Origin: a bacterium
Lineage (GTDB): Bacteria; Patescibacteriota; Minisyncoccia; 2-02-FULL-40-12; IGHO2-12-FULL-4
Length of the DNA stretch: 64,000 nucleotides
Direction: 5' to 3'
NCBI GenBank assembly: GCA_030647955.1
Contig: JAUSIQ010000003.1
Coordinates: 2,111-66,110 of the forward strand
The translations under genes and the position numbers were made by a program. The notes under the pieces are model-generated. The model did not search any database and had not been told where the DNA came from. It was given only the letters and a program-made list of their open reading frames with translations. How positions within the stretch are numbered: position 1 is the first letter of the stretch; every line of letters starts with the position of its first letter. Of the stretch, positions 28,644-38,488 are shown piece by piece.

Positions 28644-29270
28644 ATGGGAGAAAATGACGATTTAAAGGATAATTTGAGTCCTGAATCTGGTTATGACCAG
28701 CGAGAGGTGGTAGGCTTTTTTTGGGAGGTTGTTAAAATGGTGGTGCTATCTTTGGCTATCATTGTCCCAATCCGCTACTTTGTAATTCAGCCCTTCTTTG
28801 TCAAAGGTGCTTCCATGGAGGAGAGTTTTCATAACGGGGATTACGTGCTGATCGATGAGATCTCGTACCGTTTTAATGAACCCCAGAGAGGTGATGTTGT
28901 AGTCTTTCGTTTTCCTCAAGATCCCAGCCAGTACTTTATCAAGCGGATCATCGGATTACCGGGTGAGAAGATTCAGATAAAAAGTAACGAGGTGCTTATC
29001 TTTAACGAAGAACACCCCGAAGGATTTATTTTAGATGAATCTGCTTACCTGGAAAATGATCAGCGTACGACCGGAGATTTTAGTATGAATGTTGATGAGA
29101 AGGAATATTTTGTGTTAGGAGATAATCGGATGCATAGTTCGGATTCCCGCATCTGGGGAGCGGTTAATCGTCAACTTATCAGCGGCCGAGTATTTCTAAG
29201 AGCTTGGCCGATCACTGACATTGGTACTTTCTCCGGTGTTCAATATCTCACTCCTCAATTGGCAGATTAG
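28644..29270 (+). CDS. lepB: Signal peptidase I
   Basis: S26 motifs GASMEESF (Ser nucleophile) and GDNRMHSSDSR. Confidence 0.85.
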   Translation: MGENDDLKDNLSPESGYDQREVVGFFWEVVKMVVLSLAIIVPIRYFVIQPFFVKGASMEESFHNGDYVLIDEISYRFNEPQRGDVVVFRFPQDPSQYFIKRIIGLPGEKIQIKSNEVLIFNEEHPEGFILDESAYLENDQRTTGDFSMNVDEKEYFVLGDNRMHSSDSRIWGAVNRQLISGRVFLRAWPITDIGTFSGVQYLTPQLAD

Positions 29271-29291
29271 TTAGTCCTAAAACTTATAGCT

Positions 29292-30605
29292 ATGGCGAAA
29301 CAAAAACCTATTCAATCGATTAAGGGTATGCACGACATCTTGCCCGCGGACCAGCCTTATTGGCAATTTGTCTACAAGAAATTTTCTAATCTTGTCGGAG
29401 AGTATGGATTCGAGAAGATCGACACTCCGCTCATTGAATCCTCTTCGCTCTTTTTGCGTTCCGTTGGAGATGATACCGACATCGTCAGTAAAGAAATGTA
29501 CTCCTTTAAATCCCGCGGGGGAGAGGAGTTGGCTTTGCGTCCGGAAAATACGGCCTCGGTAGTTAGAGCTTACATTGAGCATGGTATGAGTGTTTGGCCG
29601 CATCCTGTAAAGCTTTGGTATTGGGGTCCGATGTTTCGTCACGATCAGCCGCAGGCCGGGCGTTACCGTCAGTTTCACCAGGCTGGCGTGGAAATTTTTG
29701 GTGATGAACATCCCGCTTCAGATGCGGAGGCGATGTTTGTGGCGTTAGGATTTTTGGAAGGCATTGGCTTAAAAAATCTGATGCTGCGTATCAACAGCAT
29801 TGGTTGTCCGAACTGCCGTCCTTCCTATATCAAGGCTTTGAAGGAATATTTCAAGAATCGTGGCAAGAATCTTTGTCCGACCTGTAAGATCAGACAGAAA
29901 ACAAATATTTTGCGCGTGTTAGATTGTAAAGAATTAAGCTGTAAAGAAATTCTTAAAGATATTCCTCAATTCGTTGATTATCTCGATGAGTCTTGTCGTG
30001 ATCACTTCAAAAAAGTAATTGAGTTTTTGGATGAGGTGAAAGCACCTTATTCTTTAGATCCCTTGTTAGTGCGAGGGCTGGATTACTATACCCAAACGGT
30101 ATTTGAAATTTCTTTAGAAGAAAATACGGTTGCGACCGAGGGAGTAGAGTCTGTGTCTACTCCGGGATTAACCTTGATCGCGGGTGGGCGCTACAACGGA
30201 TTAGTAGAGCTTTTGGGTGGTTCTAAAACTCCGGCGGTGGGTTGGGCAGCGGGCATTGAGCGCATCATTTTAGAACTCAAGAGAGCACAGGTAAAGATGC
30301 CAGAAATGCGACCAGCTGCTAAAATTTTCTTGGCCCAGCTGGGCGATTTAGGAAAGAGAAAAAGTTTAGTTTTATTTGAAGAATTTCGCCGTGCCGGAAT
30401 TATTGCTGGAATTTCCTTGGGACGAGATAGTATTAAAGCCCAACTGCGTATCGCTAATCGTCTGAAGGTAAGGCTGGCTTTGATTTTAGGACAGAAAGAA
30501 GCTTTGGATGGGACAGTTATCCTGCGCGAAATGGATAGCGGCATTCAGGAAGTTATTCCGGTGGAGGGTATTGTCGAGGTGGTAAAGAAGAGATTGCGAA
30601 GTTAA
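29292..30605 (+). CDS. hisS: Histidyl-tRNA synthetase (with Cys4 insertion)
   Basis: Class II motifs and HisRS signature; insertion carries CPNC...CPTC. Confidence 0.85.
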   Translation: MAKQKPIQSIKGMHDILPADQPYWQFVYKKFSNLVGEYGFEKIDTPLIESSSLFLRSVGDDTDIVSKEMYSFKSRGGEELALRPENTASVVRAYIEHGMSVWPHPVKLWYWGPMFRHDQPQAGRYRQFHQAGVEIFGDEHPASDAEAMFVALGFLEGIGLKNLMLRINSIGCPNCRPSYIKALKEYFKNRGKNLCPTCKIRQKTNILRVLDCKELSCKEILKDIPQFVDYLDESCRDHFKKVIEFLDEVKAPYSLDPLLVRGLDYYTQTVFEISLEENTVATEGVESVSTPGLTLIAGGRYNGLVELLGGSKTPAVGWAAGIERIILELKRAQVKMPEMRPAAKIFLAQLGDLGKRKSLVLFEEFRRAGIIAGISLGRDSIKAQLRIANRLKVRLALILGQKEALDGTVILREMDSGIQEVIPVEGIVEVVKKRLRS

Positions 30606-30607
30606 AC

Positions 30608-30955
30608 ATGATGGAAGATATTTTCTGCAAAATTATCAATAAGGAATTGCCGGCGGAGATAGTTATGGAAGAAGAGGAGTGGCTGGCCATTAAGGATATT
30701 CATCCTAAAGCCCCAGTTCATATTCTGATAATGCCCAAAAAGCATTGGGGAGGATTGGGAGATGCTCAAGAAGGAGATGCTGACTTATTGGGTAGATTAT
30801 TGATAGCAGTCCACAAGGTAGCAGAAAAAATGGGATTAGCGGAAAAGGGTTATCGAGTGATTATTAATAATGGTGTAGAGGGCGGACAGCTGGTGCCGCA
30901 CTTGCATATTCATCTATTGGGCGGTAAAATATTAGGCCCAAAGATGATTAATTAA
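30608..30955 (+). CDS. hinT: HIT-family (histidine triad) nucleotide hydrolase
   Basis: HLHIHLLGG histidine triad. Confidence 0.8.
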   Translation: MMEDIFCKIINKELPAEIVMEEEEWLAIKDIHPKAPVHILIMPKKHWGGLGDAQEGDADLLGRLLIAVHKVAEKMGLAEKGYRVIINNGVEGGQLVPHLHIHLLGGKILGPKMIN

Positions 30956-31203
30956 TTTAAGTGTTTGTCCGCACACAGTCGAGCGTAGCGAGACGAGTGC
31001 GGAGAACAAACAGTTACTCCGCCCCATCTGGGTTCAAAACTTCCCCTTAGCAGAGATTAAGCCGTTAGGCGACTTCGTCTCCAGATAAAGAAAAAAGCTA
31101 TAGTTTGATTCCAGATAGGGCGGGGTGCAGATATTTGCAACTATTCGCTTCTGCTAATCGCAGATTAGCTCATAGGCAAATATCGCAGAAAGGAGGTATT
31201 CTT

Positions 31204-31467
31204 ATGGACGTCAAAAGACGACCGAATGAAACAATCGGCAGTGCTTTACGAAGATTTTCTAAACTGGTTCAACAGAGCCGGCTTTTGAATAAAGCAAAAG
31301 CCTCTCGTTTCTACAAAAAGAAAGCGAGCGATCGACAAGATAAGAACCGCGCTATTATGCGTGAAGAGTTAAGAGCTCTCCGCAAGCGTTTAGAAAGACT
31401 GGGTAAGTACGACGATGAAACTTTTGAAGAAGAGAAGAGAAAAGTTAAACAAAAACTAGATCTATAG
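31204..31467 (+). CDS. rpsU: 30S ribosomal protein S21
   Basis: MDVKRRPNETIGSALRRFSKL...RFYKKK matches the S21 pattern. Start reassigned to ATG at 31204, preceded by AAAGGAGG; the tracked ORF start at 31105 is upstream of the RBS. Confidence 0.7.
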   Translation: MDVKRRPNETIGSALRRFSKLVQQSRLLNKAKASRFYKKKASDRQDKNRAIMREELRALRKRLERLGKYDDETFEEEKRKVKQKLDL

Positions 31468-31556
31468 TTCATCAAGTTCATAAAGTTTGTAAAGTTCATA
31501 AAGCAAGAGAAATGCGAACTTGATAAACTTGAGAACTTTATAACTTGATAAACTGT
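31468..31556. repeat. AT-rich palindromic intergenic element (family member B) between rpsU and yqeY
   Basis: TTCATCAAGTTCATAAAGTTTGTAAAGTTCATAAAG ... AACTTGATAAACTTGAGAACTTTATAACTTGATAAACT arms. Confidence 0.7.
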
Positions 31557-31569
31557 TTGCCAAGCAAAC

Positions 31570-32061
31570 ATGTTAAAGCAACAACTAAAGAAGGAGATGG
31601 TGGAGGCCATGAAGGCCGGGGATCAGCTTAAGCGTATGGTGCTGGGAACGCTGATCTCTGCAATCAAAAACAAAGAACTTAACAAACGCGGTCCCTTGAG
31701 TCAGACTATCACTGATCCTGTTAAGCTGGAGGAAGCTTGCCAGTTAAGCGACGAAGAAGTATTGGAAGTGATTGCTACGGAAGTGAAAAAGCGCAAAGAC
31801 TCCGTGGTGCAATTCAAATCTGGCGGCAGAGAAGATCTGGCTCAGCAAGAAGAAGCGGAGATGAAAGTGCTGATGGCTTACCTGCCTGAACAAGTTGGAG
31901 AAGAAGAGGTTAGAAAAGCAGTGCAGGAAGCAGTCGCGCAGCTGGGCGCGAAAGATCCCAAAGAAATGGGAAAGGTCATTGGGGCAGTAATGTCTAAACT
32001 CAAAGGAAGAGTGGATGGAGGTCTGGTTAGTAAACTGACTAAAGAAGCTCTCTCCTCTTAA
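31570..32061 (+). CDS. yqeY: GatB/YqeY-domain protein
   Basis: MLKQQLKKEMVEAMKAGD... matches the YqeY family; rpsU-yqeY linkage is conserved. Confidence 0.7.
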   Translation: MLKQQLKKEMVEAMKAGDQLKRMVLGTLISAIKNKELNKRGPLSQTITDPVKLEEACQLSDEEVLEVIATEVKKRKDSVVQFKSGGREDLAQQEEAEMKVLMAYLPEQVGEEEVRKAVQEAVAQLGAKDPKEMGKVIGAVMSKLKGRVDGGLVSKLTKEALSS

Positions 32062-32068
32062 ACTAATT

Positions 32069-32545
32069 TTGCTCGAGATTGTTTTTAATAACACCATTTC
32101 TGAACGGAAGTATCAGAAAGAGTTTTTCGAAAAGATAGCAAAGGCGGCTTTAGCCGCTTTTGGCTTGTCTGAAAAAGGAATCGGTCTGTCCATTAATTTG
32201 GTGGGCACTAACCGAATGCGTCTCTTAAATCAAAAACATCGCCGAAAAAATAAACCGACGGATGTACTTTCCTTTCCGCTTCACAAAAAAGCAGATTTAG
32301 AGAAGCAGTTCCGTGCAAAAACTAGTGTAAAAAAACCAAGAACTGTTATAATAGAGTTAGGAGATATTTTTATCTGCCTGCCGGTCATTCGCCAACAGGC
32401 CGAGAAAGAGAATAATCTCGAGTCTCTGCTTTGCCTTTTAACCGTGCACAGCATTTTGCACTTACTAGGATTTGATCACGAGCAGTCTGCATCGGCGGAA
32501 CTCGAAATGCAAAAATGGCAGGATAAAATTTTAAATAAACTATAG
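32069..32545 (+). CDS. ybeY: rRNA maturation endoribonuclease YbeY
   Basis: HSILHLLGFDHE zinc-binding motif. Confidence 0.8.
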   Translation: MLEIVFNNTISERKYQKEFFEKIAKAALAAFGLSEKGIGLSINLVGTNRMRLLNQKHRRKNKPTDVLSFPLHKKADLEKQFRAKTSVKKPRTVIIELGDIFICLPVIRQQAEKENNLESLLCLLTVHSILHLLGFDHEQSASAELEMQKWQDKILNKL

Positions 32546-32556
32546 TAGCTGAAGTT

Positions 32557-33867
32557 ATGGGCCGACCGCACATCGTTACAGGAATTGATATTGGAAACTC
32601 TTTCGTAAAAACCGTTATCGCTGAGTTCGATCGGGAGAATTTGGGTCCGAAAATTTTGGGTATGGGTATCGCCGAATCCCATGGCTTGCGTCGGGGGATG
32701 GTGGTAAATATGGATGAAACGATTCGAGATATTGCTGAATCTGTTCGCAAAGCTGAAACGATGGCCGGAGCCAAAGTGCGCCGAGCTTACGTAGCGGTAA
32801 ACGGCCTGCATATTAAAAGCCAGAACTCTCGAGGGGTGATCGCGGTCTCTCGAGCGGATAATGAAATTTCTACTAGTGATTTGGAAAGAGTCATTGATGC
32901 CGCTTCGATTGTTAGCTTGCCGGCTAATCGAGAGATTATTCATATCATCCCCAAGAATTATGTCGTGGATGGCCAGGAGCAGGTCAAAAATCCTCTAGGA
33001 ATGAAAGGAGTGCGTTTAGAGGCAGAAGTACTAATTATCGATGGCCTCTCTCCTTACATTAAGAATTTGGCCAAGTGCTTGAACGCAAATGACATTGAAG
33101 TGGCCGAATTTATCTTCGCTCCCCGAGCGGCCAGCTATGCGGTTTTGGATAAAAACCAGATGGAGCACGGAGTTTTGAATCTCGATTTAGGCGGAGGAGT
33201 TTCTACTTTATCTTTTTTTCACGAAGGAGAATTAGTTCATGCTAGTACCATGCCCGTGGGTTCTCGTCATATTACCAATGATTTGGCCGTGGCCTTGCGT
33301 ACCTCGATGGATATCGCCGAAGAAGTAAAATTACGCCATGGCTTTACTGGAGTCAATTTAACTTCAGTAAAAACTAAGGCGGCTGCGGCGGCCAATAAAA
33401 AAGATGATATTGATCTATCCGAAATTTTAGGAGAAGAAGATTTTATTATTCCTCGAAAAAATATTGGCAGGGTGGTGGAGGCGCGGGTAGGAGAGGTTTT
33501 TGATATGCTTCAAGAAGAAATGAAAAGAGTGGCGCACCCTGCACTCATTCCGGCTGGAATTGTTTTAACCGGAGGAGGAGCGAAGTTGCCGGGATTGGCC
33601 ATGTTCGTCAAAGAGAAACTAAAGTTGCCGGTTAGAGTGGGAATGCGGCAAGAGTGGGATCATTCCACTAGAGAAGGGGAGATGCCCGTAGTCAGTTTTT
33701 CTGATCAAGCCGCTGACCCGGCTCTAGCGGTAGCGGTGGGACTAGCTTTTTACGGCATTGAAAGAGAGTTTGCCAAAAGTAAGAGTGAAGGAGGTGGGAT
33801 GGACTTTGGCGGCTCTAGGCGAGTATTTAAAAACTTCTTCGGACGTTTAAAAGATTTTATGCCTTAA
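32557..33867 (+). CDS. ftsA: Cell division protein FtsA
   Basis: Actin-like ATPase; VTGIDIGNSFVKTVIAE start; upstream of ftsZ. Confidence 0.85.
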   Translation: MGRPHIVTGIDIGNSFVKTVIAEFDRENLGPKILGMGIAESHGLRRGMVVNMDETIRDIAESVRKAETMAGAKVRRAYVAVNGLHIKSQNSRGVIAVSRADNEISTSDLERVIDAASIVSLPANREIIHIIPKNYVVDGQEQVKNPLGMKGVRLEAEVLIIDGLSPYIKNLAKCLNANDIEVAEFIFAPRAASYAVLDKNQMEHGVLNLDLGGGVSTLSFFHEGELVHASTMPVGSRHITNDLAVALRTSMDIAEEVKLRHGFTGVNLTSVKTKAAAAANKKDDIDLSEILGEEDFIIPRKNIGRVVEARVGEVFDMLQEEMKRVAHPALIPAGIVLTGGGAKLPGLAMFVKEKLKLPVRVGMRQEWDHSTREGEMPVVSFSDQAADPALAVAVGLAFYGIEREFAKSKSEGGGMDFGGSRRVFKNFFGRLKDFMP

Positions 33868-33981
33868 TCGTCGCCGATGCTTATTTATAAGCTTCGTTAA
33901 TCGTTTTCCACATCTTATCCACACCCTATTTAGCCCAAACTTGTAATGGTTTTTCTTTTGTGATAAACCGAGATCAAACAC

Positions 33982-35157
33982 ATGGCACAAGTTAAACCTC
34001 CATTTGAAACTTTCGCACGGATCAAAGTGATTGGCGTCGGTGGAGCCGGAGGTAATGCTCTGGCTCGCATGATTTCCTCCCGTATTCAGGGAGTAGAGTT
34101 CGTGGCGGCTAATTCCGACTTCCAAGATTTACATAAATCCGGCGCGCCCACCAAATTACAGATCGGAAAAAATCTCTCCAGAGGATTGGGGGCGGGAATG
34201 AATCCGGAAATTGGCCGACAGGCCGCTTCGGATGCCAAAGAGGAAATTCTCGAAGCACTTAAGGGAGCGGATATGGTTTTTATTACGGCTGGAATGGGTG
34301 GTGGAACCGGCACGGGCGCTAGCCCAGTAATTGCCGAGATCGCTCGCGATGTGGGAGCTTTAACGGTGGCGATTGTTACCAAGCCGTTTGCTTTCGAGGG
34401 AGCACAACGTACGCGTCTTGCCGAAGAAGGTTGGAATTTATTGCGAGATAAAGTGGACTCCATCATTACCATTCCCAATGATCGTTTGCTTTCGATTATT
34501 GACCGCAAGACTCCGATTATGGAAGCTTTTGCGATTGTCGATGATGTCTTGCGTCAAGGAGTACAGGGTATCTCAGACTTAATCACGATCCCCGGAATTA
34601 TTAATGTGGACTTTGCCGATGTCAAAGCCGTCATGGCTAACTCCGGTTCGGCCTTGATGGGTATTGGACGAGGCTCAGGAGAAGATCGAGCGATTGAGGC
34701 GGCCAAGATGGCGATCAACTCTCCTTTGTTAGAGGTAGCGATTGATGGCGCGCGTGGAGTGTTGTTTAATGTCTCCGGTGGAACGGATCTTGGCATGGCT
34801 GAAATTAATGAGGCCGCCAAAATCATTACCGAAAATATTGATCCTAATGCCAAAGTAATTTTCGGAGCAGTAGAGGATGATAAGTTGAAAAAAGGAGAAA
34901 TTAAAATTACGGTCATCGCTACTGGTTTTAACAACTCGCATTCCGGAACGATCAAGCCTTCTTTAGCTACTCCCAGTTCCATCTTCAACGACTTTACTCC
35001 TGCTCCCACTAAAAAAATTGAAAAACCACCGGAAAGTCATATGGGCGGCGGTGGTGGCAATGGCCAGGAACAGCGAAAAGAATTTGTGGACAGTGCTTTA
35101 AATGACAGCGAGATGTTTGATATACCCGCCTTTATTCGCAAAAAGATGAAAGAATAG
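33982..35157 (+). CDS. ftsZ: Cell division GTPase FtsZ
   Basis: Tubulin signature GGGTGTG; IKVIGVGGAGGNA. Confidence 0.95.
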   Translation: MAQVKPPFETFARIKVIGVGGAGGNALARMISSRIQGVEFVAANSDFQDLHKSGAPTKLQIGKNLSRGLGAGMNPEIGRQAASDAKEEILEALKGADMVFITAGMGGGTGTGASPVIAEIARDVGALTVAIVTKPFAFEGAQRTRLAEEGWNLLRDKVDSIITIPNDRLLSIIDRKTPIMEAFAIVDDVLRQGVQGISDLITIPGIINVDFADVKAVMANSGSALMGIGRGSGEDRAIEAAKMAINSPLLEVAIDGARGVLFNVSGGTDLGMAEINEAAKIITENIDPNAKVIFGAVEDDKLKKGEIKITVIATGFNNSHSGTIKPSLATPSSIFNDFTPAPTKKIEKPPESHMGGGGGNGQEQRKEFVDSALNDSEMFDIPAFIRKKMKE

Positions 35158-35159
35158 AA

Positions 35160-35572
35160 AAATATTTGCACTAAAAAAACAGAGCTCCGCAGGGCTTTGT
35201 TTTTAGTTTATAGAATTTATAGGCAAAGGAATGTTGTCGCTAGTCGATCCCTGCCGCTTTTGTAGGCGTAGAAGGCCTGTGGATTGCTTGCGAATCACCG
35301 TTGTCAGCCCATGCGAAGCATAAGCTGATACGGAGAGGAGCTGGTCAGAAAGATTCTGATCTTTCTGAATCCATAGACCGAACCGAGCGAAGTCCCGCCG
35401 CTGGAGCGGGACGAGCATCCGGAAAAAGCGGCGGGGATCGTGGATTTTACTGTAATTTTTTGAGTTATCCACAGTTGCATCTGGGTGAATGTATTCTAGA
35501 ATGAAGCTATGAGATCTTCTGTTTAAAATAGTAGAAGATTTTAACGACCACGTAGGTCGTTTAATTGTCTAT
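35160..35572 (+). promoter_or_regulatory. Long (~410 nt) structured 5' leader of nrdJ containing a DnaA-box-like TTATCCACA and several stable hairpins
   Basis: Hairpins TCCCGCCGCT...AGCGGCGGGGA and GAAAGATTCTGATCTTTC; TTATCCACA at 35466-35474. No B12 box or NrdR box recognised. Confidence 0.3.
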
Positions 35573-38413
35573 ATGTCCCAATTATCTAACCCCACCCAAA
35601 ATAATAAAGGTCGAGAAGAAAATGTCACGACGAGTGTCGGCAACGGACATCATCCCGAAGAATTTAATGCGCAAACTCTCTTTAATCATGTGCCAGTCCT
35701 TTCGCCAAAAACACATCAAGGAGTGGGTTTAGTGTGGGATAGCAAGTTCTCCAAAGGAGATCCTTACCAAAGTATCCGCTGGGAAAAAAGAACCGCCAAA
35801 ATTACCAAGAGCAACGGCCAAATAGTGTTTGAGCAAAAAAATGTCGAGGTGCCGGATTTTTGGTCTCAAACCGCCACGGATATTGTGGCCTCGAAGTATT
35901 TTCGCCGACCATATGGGTCGGTTGACAAAGAGTCTAGCGCTAAGCAAATGATTGATCGAGTCGGCGACACCATCTCTGGATGGGGATGGAAAGATGGCTA
36001 TTTTGCTACCGAGCAGGATTATCTTAATTTCCGCAACGATTTAAAATGGATCTTGATTAACCAGTACGGCGCTTTTAATAGCCCGGTTTGGTTTAATGTG
36101 GGAGTTTATGAGCGTCCTCAGACTTCCGCTTGTTTTATCTTGGCCGTAGAAGACAATATGCAGTCAATTTTAGACTGGTATCGAGACGAGGGATGGATTT
36201 TTAAATATGGTTCAGGTGCGGGCACGAGCTTGTCTAAATTACGCTCATCTAAAGAATCTTTGTCTCGAGGTGGCCACTCTTCCGGCCCGGTTTCCTTTAT
36301 GAAGGGAGCGGATGGTATCGCCAACAGTATTCGCTCAGGTGGAGAGACACGCCGCGCCGCTAAAATGGTGGTGCTTAATGTGGATCATCCGGATATTAAA
36401 GATTTCATCTACTGTAAAAAAATTATCGAAGACATGACCAAGGTTTTGGTGCGTAGCGGCATTAAAGATTCTATTGCCGCCGATCTGTTTGATCCTTATG
36501 CCTTATTGCCTTACCAAAATGCCAACAACTCTGTACGCGTCACAGACGAATTTATGCGTGCGGTAGAAAACGACGAAGAGTGGGAATTAAAAGCGGTAAC
36601 GACCGGAGAGGTCTTAGAAAGAGTGCGTGCTCGCGAAGTGATGCGTTGGATTGCGGATGCCGCTTGGCATTCTGCTGACCCGGGCATGCAGTACGATACG
36701 ACGATCAATAACTGGCACACTGCTCCGAAAGCAGGAAGAATTAATGCTTCAAATCCTTGCTCGGAATATATGCACTTAGATAATAGCGCTTGTAACTTAG
36801 CTTCGATTAATTTGCTGAAATTCTTGCAGGCCGACGGTACTTTCAATGTCGATTTATACAAAAAAGCGATTGATACTTTTATCTTAGCCCAAGATATTCT
36901 GATTGATAACTCCTCTTTTCCTACTCCGAAAATTACCGAGAACGCTCGTAATTATCGAGAATTAGGCTTGGGATATGCTAATCTGGGAGCATTATTGATG
37001 ACGCTTGGTCTTCCTTATGATTCCGATCAGGGACGAGCTTTGGCGGGATTGATCACCTCTATTTTAACCGGAGAGGGTTATCGCATGTCGGCGGAAATTT
37101 CCAAAGCTGGCGGACCTTTCCGAGGCTATGCCCAGGATCGTGAGGGGATGCTCGGAGTAATCTGGAAGCATTATCGCGCCGCCGGTGATCTGGTGGAAAA
37201 TATTGACCAAACGGCTTTGATCAACGACTTTAAATTAAAATCTGAAGCCGTCAGTGTTTGGAAAGAAGCTTGGGAATTAGGAGAGCAGCATGGCTATCGC
37301 AACTCTCAAGCCACAGTTTTAGCCCCGACGGGAACCATCTCCTTCTTAATGGATTGTGTAACGACTGGGGTTGAACCGGAATTAGCTTTGGTGAAATATA
37401 AAAAATTAGTGGGAGGCGGAACTCTTAAATTAGTTAACTCCCAAGTTATGACGGCTTTGAAAAATTTGGGGTATCAGGAAGGAGAAATCGAGCAGATTAA
37501 TAAACACCTCTTAGAAAGAGAAACAATCGAGGGCGCGCCTGGATTTAAAGACGAACATTTACCGGTTTTCGACTGTTCGTTTAAAGCCGTAAACGGTCAG
37601 CGCAGTATTCAGTACATGGGCCATATTAAAATGATGGCCGCTGCGCAGCCTTTTATTTCCGGAGCGATTTCCAAAACCGTGAACTTGCCGAAAGACGCGA
37701 CCGTAGAAGAAATTGAGCAAGCTTTTATTGAGTCTTGGAGAGTAGGCTTAAAAGCGGTGGCCTTTTATCGCGATGAGAGTAAAACTATTCAGCCGCTGAA
37801 TACCTCGGATAAAAAAGATGGTCTAGTAGAAAAAATTAACGGATATACGCGGGTAAAATTACCTGATACTCGTCCTTCTCTCACCCATAAATTCTCGGTA
37901 GGCGGACACGAAGGTTACCTTACTATTGGTCTTTATCCGGATACGCAGAAAGTGGGAGAGACTTTTATCAGTATTGCTAAAGAAGGAAGCACCGTATCAG
38001 GCTTATTAGATGTGGTAGCGACATTGACCTCAATTTCGTTACAATCGGGAGTGCCGCTTAAAGTGTTGGTTAGAAAATTCAAAGACATGCGTTTTGAACC
38101 ATCCGGATTTACCAGTAGCGAAGAAGTGCCAATGGCGAAATCAATTATCGATTATATCTTCCGCTTCTTGGGGCAGAGATTCTTAAACGAAACTGACAAA
38201 GAGGAAATCTTCGGTCCGGGGATGGGAACGGTAAGTGCTCCTAGCCCAGTTGTTCCATTAGCTACTTTTGTTTCTACTCCCACTGTAACCGTACCGACTG
38301 TTGTGGCGGCTGCTACCGAGGCGATGGTTTGCGAGTGTGGATCGATTATGGTCAAAGCGGGATCATGCTACTCGTGTCCGAACTGCTTCTCAACTACAGG
38401 AGTTTGTAACTAA
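35573..38413 (+). CDS. nrdJ: Adenosylcobalamin-dependent ribonucleotide reductase, class II (monomeric NrdJ)
   Basis: Active-site region NPCSEYMHLDNSACNLASINL; C-terminal Cys-rich tail CECGS...CYSCPNC; 946 aa. Confidence 0.85.
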   Translation: MSQLSNPTQNNKGREENVTTSVGNGHHPEEFNAQTLFNHVPVLSPKTHQGVGLVWDSKFSKGDPYQSIRWEKRTAKITKSNGQIVFEQKNVEVPDFWSQTATDIVASKYFRRPYGSVDKESSAKQMIDRVGDTISGWGWKDGYFATEQDYLNFRNDLKWILINQYGAFNSPVWFNVGVYERPQTSACFILAVEDNMQSILDWYRDEGWIFKYGSGAGTSLSKLRSSKESLSRGGHSSGPVSFMKGADGIANSIRSGGETRRAAKMVVLNVDHPDIKDFIYCKKIIEDMTKVLVRSGIKDSIAADLFDPYALLPYQNANNSVRVTDEFMRAVENDEEWELKAVTTGEVLERVRAREVMRWIADAAWHSADPGMQYDTTINNWHTAPKAGRINASNPCSEYMHLDNSACNLASINLLKFLQADGTFNVDLYKKAIDTFILAQDILIDNSSFPTPKITENARNYRELGLGYANLGALLMTLGLPYDSDQGRALAGLITSILTGEGYRMSAEISKAGGPFRGYAQDREGMLGVIWKHYRAAGDLVENIDQTALINDFKLKSEAVSVWKEAWELGEQHGYRNSQATVLAPTGTISFLMDCVTTGVEPELALVKYKKLVGGGTLKLVNSQVMTALKNLGYQEGEIEQINKHLLERETIEGAPGFKDEHLPVFDCSFKAVNGQRSIQYMGHIKMMAAAQPFISGAISKTVNLPKDATVEEIEQAFIESWRVGLKAVAFYRDESKTIQPLNTSDKKDGLVEKINGYTRVKLPDTRPSLTHKFSVGGHEGYLTIGLYPDTQKVGETFISIAKEGSTVSGLLDVVATLTSISLQSGVPLKVLVRKFKDMRFEPSGFTSSEEVPMAKSIIDYIFRFLGQRFLNETDKEEIFGPGMGTVSAPSPVVPLATFVSTPTVTVPTVVAAATEAMVCECGSIMVKAGSCYSCPNCFSTTGVCN

Positions 38414-38446
38414 AATAGATAAAAATTTGGCAATTTTAAAGCGCCT

Positions 38447-38478
38447 CCTCCAAGGCGCTTTAGATTTTTGTTGTGAAA
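38447..38478 (+). terminator. Intrinsic terminator after nrdJ (AAAGCGCC-TCCTCCAA-GGCGCTTT plus T-run)
   Basis: 8-bp GC-rich stem followed by TAGATTTTT. Confidence 0.6.
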
Positions 38479-38488
38479 AAAAGGAACT

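Noticed and set aside
31105-31203. Upstream extension of rpsU
   Set aside because: The strong SD AAAGGAGG sits immediately before the internal ATG at 31204, and the S21 homology starts there.
35203-35504. Two small ORFs (89 aa minus, 67 aa plus) inside the nrdJ leader
   Set aside because: They overlap each other and lie in a hairpin-rich region with no RBS; more likely non-coding leader.
35160-35572. Cobalamin riboswitch or NrdR boxes upstream of nrdJ
   Set aside because: No B12 box (GCCACTG-like) and no 16-bp NrdR palindromes could be found by eye; only generic hairpins and a single DnaA-box-like 9-mer.
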